Shown: one piece after another, positions 12,925 to 24,365 of the stretch
Layout of the letters: the number at the start of each line of letters is the position of its first letter
Position numbering within the stretch: the stretch's first letter is position 1
Assembly (NCBI GenBank): GCA_010909165.1
Contig: MU008153.1
Location: forward strand, 932,602-996,601
Direction of reading: 5' to 3'
DNA: 64,000 nucleotides
Source: Anthoceros angustus
Lineage: Eukaryota > Plantae > Anthocerotophyta
Notes under the pieces: model-generated
What the model saw: the letters and a program-made list of their open reading frames with translations, nothing else
Databases searched by the model: none
What the model was told of the DNA's origin: nothing
Position numbers and translations under genes: made by a program

Positions 12925-13620
12925 TTCGACTTTATCATTCGACTCGTAGTCAAATATTATTTATGAAATAGTCAAATAAATAGTAGAAGTCTAATAAATA
13001 GTAGATGTTGAATAAATTTTACAAGTCTAATAATCTGAATACTAATTCAATTAATATTTATGTATTCGACTTAAGACCTCTAAGAGTCTAATATTATGAA
13101 TACTTATTTGAATTCACGTTTTCAATTTAAGGTTTTTAAGAGTTGAATAACATGCATACTTATTCAGTTTGTATTCATGTACTGTACTAGAGATTTGTAA
13201 GCGTCGAATAATATGATTACTTATTTGACTTGTATTCATGTATTCGACTTAAGTCCTCTAAGACTCGAATAATATGGCTACTTAGTGGACTTAAAAATTC
13301 ATGTCTTTGTCCGAAGACTTTTAAAAGTCAAATAACTCGACTTGGATTCATGTATTCGACTTGGATTCATATATTTGACTTAAGTCCTGTAAAAGTCGAA
13401 TAATATGGCTACTTATTGGACTTAAATTCATGTCTTTGACTGAAGACTTTTAAAACTCAAATAACATGAATATTTATTCGAATTGGATTCATGTATTCGA
13501 CTTAAGAGTGGAATAATAGAAATACTTATTCAACCTATTCAATTCATAATCATGTATTCAACTCAAGATTTTAAGAATCGAATAATATGAATACGTCATA
13601 TTCTCAATGACTACTTAACT
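12925..13620. repeat. AT-rich degenerate tandem array (tattcgacttaag / gaataatatg / ttcatgtattcga motifs)
   Basis: tattcgactt and aataatatg(a/g) recur many times across ~700 bp. Confidence 0.75.
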
Positions 13621-14429
13621 TGGCTTAAAAAAGGTTGTGCGCCCCTATACCACAAGGACCACCAAGTATTCTAAGCTTTTTAAAGAGTAAAGATGTTTTG
13701 TCGTTGTTGTTACTCTCACCAATGAGCCCTCCAATTTTGTACGCGTCGGCCTCTGTCTATTATACATCAATGTCTACATTGTAGGTACCGAAAAAGAAAG
13801 TAATTAATTTTGTTGTATATCTTAGATTAAGTGGGGTTAAGTCGTGCTTGGGAGGACTTAGTTATGTTGGTCTTAATAGAGTTGAGTGTCCTCATGTTTT
13901 TGGTTGATTTTTATTTGGTTTTTCTTCATGGTTATTTAAGAACTACCGTAATCGAGTTGTGATGTTGCTCCTACCATATTCAAGCGGCTCCTCATATTTC
14001 ATGCATCCGGCTGTGCTGCTCCTCGTGTATCATCCAGCTCCGCTTGTACCATATTACAGAGCTCTTTGCTGCTCCTCATGGCCGTAAGCACATGTTTTTT
14101 TTGGAATGAAAAGGTTTACTCAATATATTTATATGATTCTCTAACACGGTAGAATCTTTGAAGCCTTGGAAGTTCTGTTTGAGACCAACATCCGAGAAGC
14201 TTGGAGGAGCTGGAACCTGCGGCATAGAGGAAGTTGAGGTGGAGCACCCCACCTACAGCATTATGCAGGAGGACTACGAATACGACGAGGAGGCAGAGGA
14301 GTAATGGAAAGAGGTGTATCAGGTACAGGATGCACCACTAGGACCACGGTATCCTAAGACCATGTATCCATCAGCGGGGGAACCCTCGATGTCGTGAGCA
14401 CCACGCACGTGATCGAATGGGGGCAATGC

Positions 14430-14651
14430 GCCCTAAGGCATTCTTCGTTCGTTTAAGAATGCCCTAAGGCATTCTTCGTTCGTTTAAGAATGCCCTAAGG
14501 CATTCTTCGTTCGTTTAAGAATGCCCTAAGGCATTCTTTGTTTGTCTAAGAATGTCCTAAGGCATTCTTCGTTCGTCTAAGAATGCACAAACGAACGAAG
14601 AATGTCTTTAGGGGTTAGGGAATTTGTGCCCTAAGGCATTCTTCGTTCGTC
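14430..14651. repeat. 31-bp palindromic tandem array (5 units plus inverted and partial units)
   Basis: Unit gccctaaggcattcttcgttcgtttaagaat. Junctions create aagaatgcc-cta-a-ggcattctt hairpins. An inverted unit (acgaacgaagaatgtctttagg) follows. Confidence 0.92.
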
Positions 14652-15096
14652 TTTGCTTCTCCTCATGGACTGTAAGCAATCTGGACATATGGCCGGTAGT
14701 ACGTTGTGCCCTAATCCCCAGACACGGACGGTATGGTATGCTACACCCGCCGGAGAGCCGCGACCTCCCACGCCGCCCACCTCTAAAACCATGCCAGCGC
14801 TGCAAACAGAGGATGCACAGTTAGCCTTGAGGGAGGAGGCCTCCTCAGGACCACAAGAGGTTGAGGACAACGGGGGAACGGGGGGCCAAGAAAGAAGGGA
14901 ACACGGAACGGAGGTTCTGGAAGTATCCACACGAAGCAAACGGCGGGACAGGTGTAAGTGTAGGCAATTGAAGCGGAAGAAGTCCACAGGGAGTACCTCG
15001 GAGACAGAGGAGGGGGCAGGACCGGGAGGTCTGGTAGAAGGAAAAACAGCTTAGAAGACGAATTCAACCGATGATGGGGAGTCAATACAGGTAACT

Positions 15097-15933
15097 TGTC
15101 ACAGCCGTGGCTATAGCGGCTACGACAAGACGCTCGGGCAGATGGACCTACAGCCATACGACAGGTCTGAAACGAGTTCAAGGTATTAGAAAGGGAAGTA
15201 CGCTCGTAGTTACCACCATAATTTCGTGATTAGTAAACCAAGGAAAACCCCGTAACGGGATCCAGGTCCGTTACTTATGGTTGGCACGCCTTCTTGGCCC
15301 GTGACTTCCGATCTGTAAGGCACATTCAGAATGAGATCAGACGGTAGCGCCACAAGTTGCACAATCCTTACTGGGAAATCGTGGTTGTGGCATTTGTATC
15401 GAGCCGATTCCGGTCCTCGGCAGTAGCAGGATCTTTGTTATCGGATCGCTTCGCGGAACAAGTCCGTAGATACAAGATGAGCGACATCATACCACTTGCA
15501 GAGTTGGAGAAGAGGATCTCCAGCGGGAGCGAGGAGGACAATTCCCTGCTGGGCATCGGAGAACGAGTGAGAAGGAGATCCGAGCGCCGGCATCAGAAGA
15601 GCGAAGGGCGCATCACAGATCTGCAGGTCCTTGGCCAAGAACCTGTAGAAAATCCGAGTCAGAAGAGACGGAGAGAATTGCTTCAGCAGCAGCGCCGGGA
15701 GCAGGCGGACCGAGAGTTGGTGTACCTGACGGAGACATACGCAAGACGAGGAGACCCGGAGCCGGAGGTAGAATACGCCACAGAACCCACGCCGAGGCGA
15801 CGGGGCCGTCCTCGAAAACGAGGAAATCCAGCGGCCTTCCTGTTGCGAGGTAAGTCACAATTGGGAGTCCAAGACGGGGATTTGGACCAATCTTCCCGGG
15901 CCGGACGACTGTGCACCCCACAACGGCAACATT
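15097..15933 (+). mobile_element. Duplicated 5' end of a Ty3/gypsy element (~296-bp LTR, garbled PBS, start of gag)
   Basis: TGTCAC...GTGGCA termini at 15097-15392, followed by tttgtatcgagcc (degraded tRNA-Met PBS) and MSDIIPLAELEKRISSGSEEDNS. Confidence 0.75.
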
Positions 15934-16569
15934 GGTACCAAAAGAAAGTAATTAATTTTGTTGTATATCTTAGATTAAGTGGGGTTAAGTCGTGCTTGGG
16001 AGGACTTAGTTATGTTGGTCTTAATAGAGTTGAGTGTCCTCATGTTTTTGGTTGATTTTATTTGGTTTTCTTCATGGTTATTTAAGAACTACCGTAATCG
16101 AGTTGTGATGTTGCTCCTACCATATTCAAGCGGCTCCTCATATTTCATGCATCCGTCGCTCCTCGTATCATCCAGCTCCGCTTGTACCATATTACAGAGC
16201 TCTTTGCTGCTCCTCATGGCCGTAAGCACATGTTTTTTTTGGAATGAAAAGGTTTACTCAATATATTTATATGATTCTCTAACACGGTAGAATCTTTGAA
16301 GCCTTGGAAGTTCTGTTTGAGACCAACATCCGAGAAGCTTGGAGGAGCTGGAACCTGCGGCATAGAGGAAGTTGAGGTGGAGCACCCCACCTACAGCATT
16401 ATGCAGGAGGACTACGAATACGACGAGGAGGCAGAGGAGTAATGGAAAGAGGTGTATCAGGTACAGGATGCACCACTAGGACCACGGTATCCTAAGACCA
16501 TGTATCCATCAGCGGGGGAACCCTCGATGTCGTGAGCACCACAGTTGCCGCATCGAATGGGGGCAATGC

Positions 16570-16760
16570 GCCCTAAGGCATTCTTCGTTCGTTTAAGAAT
16601 GCCCTAAGGCATTCTTCGTTCGTTTAAGAATGCCCTAAGGCATTCTTTGTTTGTCTAAGAATGTCCTAAGGCATTCTTCGTTCGTCTAAGAATGCACAAA
16701 CGAACGAAGAATGTCTTTAGGGGTTAGGGAATTTGTGCCCTAAGGCATTCTTCGTTCGTC
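16570..16760. repeat. Second copy of the 31-bp palindromic array (4 units plus inverted and partial units)
   Basis: Same unit as 14430-14651, with one unit fewer. Confidence 0.92.
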
Positions 16761-17159
16761 TTTGCTTCTCCTCATGGACTGTAAGCAATCTGGACATATG
16801 GCCGGTAGTACGTTGTGCCCTAATCCTGCAACCTGACGGTATGGTATGCTACACCCGACGGAGAGCGCGACCTCCCACGCCGCCCACCTCTAAAACCATG
16901 CCAGCGCTGCAACAGAGGATGCACTTAGCCTTGAGGGAGGAGGCCTCAGACCACAAGAGGTTGAGGACAACGGGGGCCAAGAAAGAAGGGAACAGGCGGA
17001 GGTTGGAAGTATCCACAGAAGCAAACGGCGGACAGTGTAAGTGTAGGCAATTGAGGCGGAAGAAGTCCACAGAGTACCTCGGAGGCGGAGGAGGCGGGAC
17101 CGGAGGTCCGTAGAAGGAAAACAAATTAGAAGACGAATTCAACTGATGGGGAGTCAATA

Positions 17160-20100
17160 TGTAACTCACCACTGTGGCTATAGCGGCTACGACAAGACGC
17201 TCGGGCAGATGGACCTACAGCCATACGACAGGTCTGAAACGAGTTCAAGGTATTAGAAAGGGAAGTACGCTCGTAGTTACCACCATAATTTCGTGATTAG
17301 TAAACCAAGGAAAACCCCGTAACGGGATCCAGGTCCGTTACTTATGGTTGGCACGGCCTTCTTGGCCCGTGACTTCCAGTCTGTACTTAAGGCACATTCA
17401 GCCCAGAATGAGATCAGCGTATTTGCAGCGCTCACAAGTTGCACAATCCTTGCGCTGGGAAATCAGGGTTGTGGCATTTGGTATCAGAGCCAGTTTCCGG
17501 TCCTCGACAGCGCAGGATCTTTGTTATCGGATCGTCGGCTGTGAACAAGTCCGTAGATACAAGATGAGCGACATCATACCACTTGCAGAGTTGGAGAAGA
17601 GGATCTCCAGCGGGAGCGAGGAGGACAATTCCCTGCTGGGCATCGGAGAACGAGTGAGAAGGAGATCCAGCGCCGCATCAAGAGCGAAGGCACAGACCGC
17701 AGGTCCTTGGCCAAGAACCCAGAAAATCCGAGTCAAGAGACGGAGAGAATTGCTTCAGCAGGACGGAGCGTGACCGAGAGTTGGTGTACAGCGGAGACAT
17801 ACGCAGACGAGGAGACCCGAGCCGAGGTAGAATACGCCATAACCCACGCCGAGGCGACGGGGCCGTCCTCGAAAACGAGGAAATCCAGCGGCCTTCCTGT
17901 TGCGAGGTAAGTCACAATTGGGAGTCCAAGACGGGGATTTGGACCAATCTTCCCCGGAGCGCGGGCCGGGACGAATTGCACCCACAACGGCAACATTGGT
18001 CAGCCAGCAAGAGCGGAACGAGGTCAATCAGGGGCAAGATTGGGAAGCCCGTACCGAGAGGGTGGAGCGTACGTGCGCTGAGATTACCGGCAACCTAACC
18101 GCCCAGGGCCGTCAGCTGAGGGAAGTGGAAGCCGCCGTGTCTCGAATCGAGACACAGGCGCAGGAGAGCCAGGCCCGCGTCGAACGACAGCTCGATGGAG
18201 TTCTTCAGGCGCTGGGCCACACGGGACTGACCACACCTGACACCTCGAACCTGCCTCACCAGAGTAGGCGGTTAGATGAGCCACAACCCGACTCGATGCT
18301 GCCGACAATGGAAGAGGCACAACAAGAGGGTTACGGGCGGGTACCTATCGGCCCCATGGTCGAGACTCACCAGTGAGTCCCGGGGTTCGTGGGGTGACCC
18401 GGACTGGGGGCGAAGATGAGAGCCTAAAGAGGCTCTTGGTAGACCTGTTGCCAGGAGAGCGAGAGAATCCAGAAATCCAGGCCTTAGTCCGGAGGCTACA
18501 CATGATGCGATACGAGAATTACGAGACACAGAAGGGAAAATCCACCCTAGACCCCAGATCTATCGAGGAGGAGCTGATCCCGTTCAGGCCCAGAGGACTC
18601 CTCGACAAGGACCTGCAGCGCAAAATTAAAACCTCCACCTTCGATGGCACGAACAAGGATGCACAGAACACGTATGACTGGATAGACAAAATGGAGAAGT
18701 ACCTAGGATCGAGCGATAAGGACGACCGGCAGAAGATCCAGTTCTGTATAATGAGTCTGGAAGGTTATGCGTACCGCTGGTGGCGTCAAAGGGAACGGCA
18801 AGTGGACCTTGGCATGGAAACACCCATCCATTCATGGGCTGTGTTCCGGCAGGTGTTCTTGACCCAGTTCCTACCTGTCAACCACAGGAAAGAACTGTAT
18901 CATGAGTTCCGGACAATCACCGAGCACAGCACGGTTCAGGAGTACTGTGATCGTTTCTTACAACTCACTCTTGACATGCCCGGATTAGACGAGGAGCAGA
19001 AGGTAGAAAAATTCATCGATGGTTTGCGACAGGAGCTGCGTGCAGATGTTTACCAAACTAATCCCGCAACGTTGGTCGATGCTATGCGAGCAGCCATCAA
19101 CTACGGGACCAACAAGTATAAATACCTACCTGCACCACCGGCCAACCGGGTTAGTAAATCAGCACAAGCAACAGACAAGAAGCCCACATTCAAACTGCTG
19201 TCGAAACAGGAGAGGAAGACCTACTATGAAAAGAGGTTATGTTTCACTTGTGCGTCCCCGGACCATTCATCCAAGGCATGCCCTCATCGGAGGGAGTTTT
19301 TTACCTGGCTGAAGGAACGGGTCAGACAACCAAGGGGCTGGGGACCCCTGCCAAACAAGGTCACGCAATCAGGATCGAAGAGGAGGGTGATCAGGAGGAG
19401 CAGACCCATACCCTCGCAGCTGCGGTCCAAACGTACCTGGAAGGGGGGTCCCCACAGCCGCTCAGACATGTACCGGTGAAGTTGTTAGTCGGCCTGGCAG
19501 ACATGAAGGCCACGGCCTTGCTGGACTCGGGGGCCAGCCATAATTACATCTCACGGTCGGCAGCGGGGAGGGCGGGCCTGCTGATCCAAGACACAGGACA
19601 GTACTCGACGGTTATCACAGCACTCAATGAACGGGATGTCAACAAGGAGGAATGGACTGACGCTGTGCTTACCTTCCCTGGAGGATATTCAAAGGAATTA
19701 CACTTCACGGTGATGCCTAGTCTCTGCCATGACGTGATCATAGGGAAACCATGGCTCGCTGCGCATTCTGACCACTTGAAGGTAGACTGGGCCACCAATG
19801 TGGTGGAATTAGCCATAAACAATCAACTGTTTGTCATGCAATGGGAGAGCCACCTCCCAGACAAACATCTGTATGCCGTTTCAGCGCTTAATAAAGCAAC
19901 AGCCCGAGGGCATTTCTTGTACATAGTAAGGTTAAAACGGGTCCCACCCTTGGAGGGAACAGTTGAGTCAAGGGAGACATCACGCAGAACTGAATCTTCT
20001 GCATATCGTCCTTCTCCGTGGCATTGAGGTACTTATCCAATTTATCCAACCAGTCGTTGCCAAACAAAAAGAGCAGGAGGATCTGTTACCGGAGTACATG

Positions 20101-20797
20101 AAGAACTTGCTCCAGGAATTCCGTGATGTGTTTGAAGAACCCACAGAACTTCCCCCCAGGCGGGCTGTTGATCATCGCATCGACCTAATACCCGGACACA
20201 AACCCGTCAGTATTCCACCTTACCGAACATCAACCGCAGAAGGTGAAGAAATTAAAAGGCAGGTAGATGACTTCCTGCAGCGAGGGTTTGTCCCACCGTC
20301 TGTCTCACCGTTTGGTGCCCCAGTTCTGCTAGTAGCCAAGCCAGACGGAGCCTGGCGACTTTGCATCGACTACAGGGCACTCAACAAAGCCACGGTGAGG
20401 AATGTTTACCAGATGCCGCGGATTGACGAGATTTTGGACCAGCTGCATGGTGCCAAGTTTTTCACAAAGATTGACCTCAGATCTGGCTTCCACCAGATCC
20501 GCATCCATGAGGGGGATGAGTTCAAAACTGCCTTCAGGACTCGCCACGGGCACTTCGAATTTGTGGTCATGCCCTTTGGGCTGACCAATGCCCCGGCGAC
20601 CTTCCAATGCCTGATGCAAGAGATCTTAAGACCCTTGCTCGGGCGGGGCGTGGAGGCCTTCCTTGATGACATTTTGATCTACACACCAGATGCAAAATCA
20701 CATTACAAACTGGTGGCACAGGTCTTGGAACTTCTACGAAAACACAAGCTCCTAGCAAAGAAGAGCAAATGTGTCTTCATGCAGGCTGAATGCGAGT
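17160..20797 (+). mobile_element. Ty3/gypsy LTR retrotransposon, chromovirus-like, 3'-truncated (LTR, PBS, gag, protease, RT)
   Basis: The LTR ends gtggca at 17476, followed by PBS tggtatcagagc (17479-17490). Gag has TFDG...WIDKMEKYL...LEGYAYRWW and the zinc knuckle CFTCASPDHSSKAC. Protease TALLDSGASHNYIS. RT reads HRIDLIPG, WRLCIDYRALNKAT, KIDLRSGFHQIRI, VMPFGLTNAPATFQ and FLDDILIY. No RNase H or integrase follows. Confidence 0.93.
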
Positions 20798-21714
20798 AGG
20801 GTTTGTTGAGCATACGGAAGACAAAGAGGAGGCCTAACTAAGGATGCAACTAGTACACAATTAGCACAAGATCTGGTATGATCGGAGGTTGCGCAATCAA
20901 GAGTATATGAAGGAGGGGGACTTGGCCCTCCTTTATGACAGTCGTTATATGCATTTTCTGGGAAAGCTTCACCTAAGATAGATGGGTCCGTACCCAGTGG
21001 TAAAGGTATATGAAAATGGGTTTGTTCAATTGCGGCAATTAGATGGGGCAAGGAGGGCTGGGGCATAAACCGTATGGGGTCATGCCTCCTAATGCATTCC
21101 CAGATGCTTTATTCAAAGAAAGAAAGAGCAAAAAATCTAAAATATACGAAAAAAATCCATTTTTTTAAAACAAGTACGCGCACTTGCCCTAAAATTTTGG
21201 TATTTTTTGTGCTTTTTTATTGTTTTAAAGAGTTCCTTTTGGCGTTTTCAACCCTTTTTGTGCACCTCCCTAATGTGGATATGTCTTTATCTTGACTTAG
21301 TGCTCATCTTTTTTCTAGTGGTTAAAACTTTGAACTACTAGTGAGAACCTTTTGCATCTTTTGAATCTTGAGACGTTTGGCGTGGACCCAGCTCCAAATG
21401 TAGACCATACCACTCTCATTCTCGTACTGTACATGGATCAAGAGCATCATGTCACTGAAGATATTATTGTCCCAATGTCTAAGAAACAAAGTTCTCTAGA
21501 ATTCCCAGAGCGAGAGTATAGTTTAGGATTGACTGGTATGAGTGAAAGGTTGGTGCACAAACTTTGTTTGCGCACCAGAATCACAGCAAGCCCTCAAAAC
21601 TCCGGTACTTTTGTACACGGAGTTTGATTTTAAACTTTATCCAATTCTGAGCCTTCCTAAAAGAAGCTTATTCCACCCAGACGCTATTAAAGGTATAAGC
21701 AGGGCCTTCGGTCC

Positions 21715-22005
21715 TAAAAGTAAACACAAAGTTTCTTGTTTGCAATGTTTCAAAGCTTCAAAGACAGATCGCAGCTAGTCTTGCAACTCAAGAGAATCGA
21801 TAAGGTGCGTTGGGGTTAAACGCAAACTATGGGACTCGAAGGCATTCCCCAAGGACAAAAACGTGCAAGTGAGCAAAGACACTCGACACATGTAAACCAT
21901 CGAAAGTGCGTGAGCATGAAAAGACGACGTCGACCAATATTTCCAGTCCCTTTGTAGCACCTAAAGGAACTCGGATACTCAAACAAGATGAATACAAAGT
22001 CATAC
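21715..22005 (-). mobile_element. Dispersed ~300-bp repeat, probable decayed non-LTR (CRE-like) retrotransposon fragment; second copy at 31954-32245
   Basis: Clear nucleotide similarity to 31954-32245 (aacacaaagtttcttgtttgcaa, ggtgcgttggggttaaacgcaaactatggga, gatactcaaacaagatga). The element class is inferred, not established. Confidence 0.6.
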
Positions 22006-22718
22006 ACGTTGCTAGGAATGAAAAGTGCTTATTCTACTATGTGGCAACCTCAAACTTCCAAGGAAAGTTGATTCGGCGTGGTTCATTGTTACACTTGAGA
22101 GAAGGTTGCTTTGGTGTGGCCCATTGTCACAATTGAGGAAAAAATGTATTTAAACATTCCACAAACAAACTAACAAACAATTTGTTTATTTATTCCATGC
22201 AACTTGAGACTTTGAACTCTTATAGCAATCCTTGACAACTTTGTAAGTCTATGCCTTAACAAAAACAAATTTATTTTCAGATGCTAGGGATAGAAGGACC
22301 ATCATGAGACAAAGATAGCATAGCGTAAAAGAGGGGAAGAACTGAATACACAAATTTGAGCTAGAGAGACAGTAACAATTTGAGATGAGAAAATGGAGGA
22401 AAAAAAGGAGGCGAAACCTATAAGGAGTCCAACAAAGCCTGCTGATGGTCAAAAAGCCTAGAGAGAGAGAGAGTCCGGAGAGTTTGGATATGTGAAAAGA
22501 GAAGAAACTGTGCAAGGAAAGACTAGCACACTCGAAAAGAAGGCTGTAACGAGCATGAATATCAACATAGGCGAGAAAATAGAAGAGAAAATGTGATTCA
22601 GACTTAGGGTCCAAGTATTAGAGCTTGCAAATCCACTTAACCGATTGGCCAAACCTGATATTCGCGATAGCGGGACTAACAATTACATCAGGGAAGACGT
22701 GAGTAGACCGGGTAACTA

Positions 22719-24049
22719 CAGTCAGACCCCTCTAATTGGGAACAATTGGGAGTAGCAAAAATCGTCCCATTTAGAGGGGTTCCCGTTTAGGCATTTTCAT
22801 CTTTTTTGAAAATAAAAATATTTAAAAAAAGTCAAAAAAAATCCTTTAAATCAAAAATTCGAAAGAGCTTAAAAGCTTCCAAAAAATCCAAAATGCTCCC
22901 TCATACTCATAGCTGCCAACCTAATTCTAGTTTGCCAGGTTAAAATAATCATCAATCCTTGATTGATGCTGAGTTGCTTTCATCCAATGACTAGCAATAT
23001 GTTTTTCCAACTGAGAATGCAACTTCAAAGCATCAAGAGTGTTATGTGGCATCTCTTCCGAAAACATCTTCGCTATCCTCATAGCATTATCTACAGCATC
23101 CTTTGTCGACGCGGTCTTGGCGCTATGGTCTCCACCGATCAGATTATTCTCCTCACCCTCCTCATTGTGGAGGGATTAATGCTTGCCATATTTCGCCCTC
23201 TCAGAGGAATATCGTAGTCTCCAATCCTTCATCCTCCTCAAAGTTCGAGATACTCTTCACATCGTTGGATATCCAACATCGAATTCATATCCTCGGATGT
23301 TAATAATGCTAAGCTCGATGGACCGTTGTAGCTCTTCTACTGCGTTTCCAACGAATTAGAGTGATTTTGAGGATCCGACAATGGATCCTCTGGATCATAT
23401 GGTGCGCTGTTTAGATCCAAAGACTCACGGAACCGAGCATCTTGTGCACGCAATTCCTGCGTCCAAAGTGCTATGCCTCCAACAATTGCGTATGGTATGA
23501 GGACTCACAAATGAAGTCCAAGCTTTTACCAGCATAACCACTGCTTGAAAGAATGGATGATCCCCTGGTCCAAAGGTTGATATACGCTTGTCACATTGGG
23601 TGGAAAGAAAACCACCTTTGTAACTTGCAATTGAGCTGCGTTACCAAACCGATGCCCAGGACAATTATCCACTATAAGTAACACTATAGTCCGCCCTGAT
23701 GCAACCATCCTCTGGTCAAAATCTAGCAAAACTTCTCAAACAGCTCTATTGTCATCCATGCCTAGTTGTCATCCATGACTGGATGACAGCTCTATTGTCA
23801 TCCATCCCTGTAACTCATGATTTAATCTCGATAAGACGGTTTCCTCAATTTTTTATTTTTTTTTAAAAAAAATATGTATTTTCCCTTTTACAGAGGTGTA
23901 CTTGCATTGAATGTTTGGGAGACATGTTCCCATTTACAAATTAGAGGGGTTTCCCATTTAGCATGTAGCACATTCAAGGGAGTAAGCCCGGGCATCCCAT
24001 TTAAAGGGGGTTCCCATTTATAGGGGTCCCAATTAGAGGGGTTTGACTG
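22719..24049 (-). mobile_element. pogo/Tigger-like Tc1-mariner DNA transposon, internally deleted, 1331 bp
   Basis: TA|CAGTCAGACCCCTCTAATTGGGA ... TCCCAATTAGAGGGGTTTGACTG|TA gives TIRs plus a TA target duplication. Subterminal cccattta repeats. Transposase remnant LLIVDNCPGH...FFPPNVTSVYQPLDQGIIHSFK and AWTSFVSPHTIRNCWRH (DDE_1 family pattern). Confidence 0.93.
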
Positions 24050-24365
24050 TAGTGAAAACGGTGGGCCCACCTTTGCACACACAAGCACATTAGTAACATT
24101 AATAACATTAGGAAGTTGACGATTGTCTTCACCATTATTTCTGATTGACAGAAGTTGCTTATCAGAGCATTTACATACATAGACTCACATACATACTCCC
24201 TCTACTTTACTTCAGTCTTTACAGCACATTCTTTAAGCAACGCTGCAAAGCTTGATCCTGTATATAGGTACATGTCTGACTATGAACATGAACGTGGCCA
24301 AAGAGATTATGAAGCTATGAACTTGGCCCATGCTGTACAATGTGGCTACATTTGAGTCAAAAATT

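Larger units (their letters stand above)
13784..18000. repeat. ~2.15-kb tandem segmental duplication (13784-15933 / 15934-18000)
   Basis: Both copies start ggtacc..aaagaaagtaattaattttg and end cccacaacggcaacattggt. They differ mainly by small indels. Confidence 0.9.

Noticed and set aside
14607-14620. Telomere-like tttaggggttaggg
   Set aside because: Only about two imperfect units, and they partly belong to the inverted 31-bp unit; too short to call an interstitial telomere.
14430-14651. CRISPR-like array (31-bp palindromic direct repeats)
   Set aside because: The units are directly adjacent with no unique spacers, there are no cas genes, and the context is eukaryotic.
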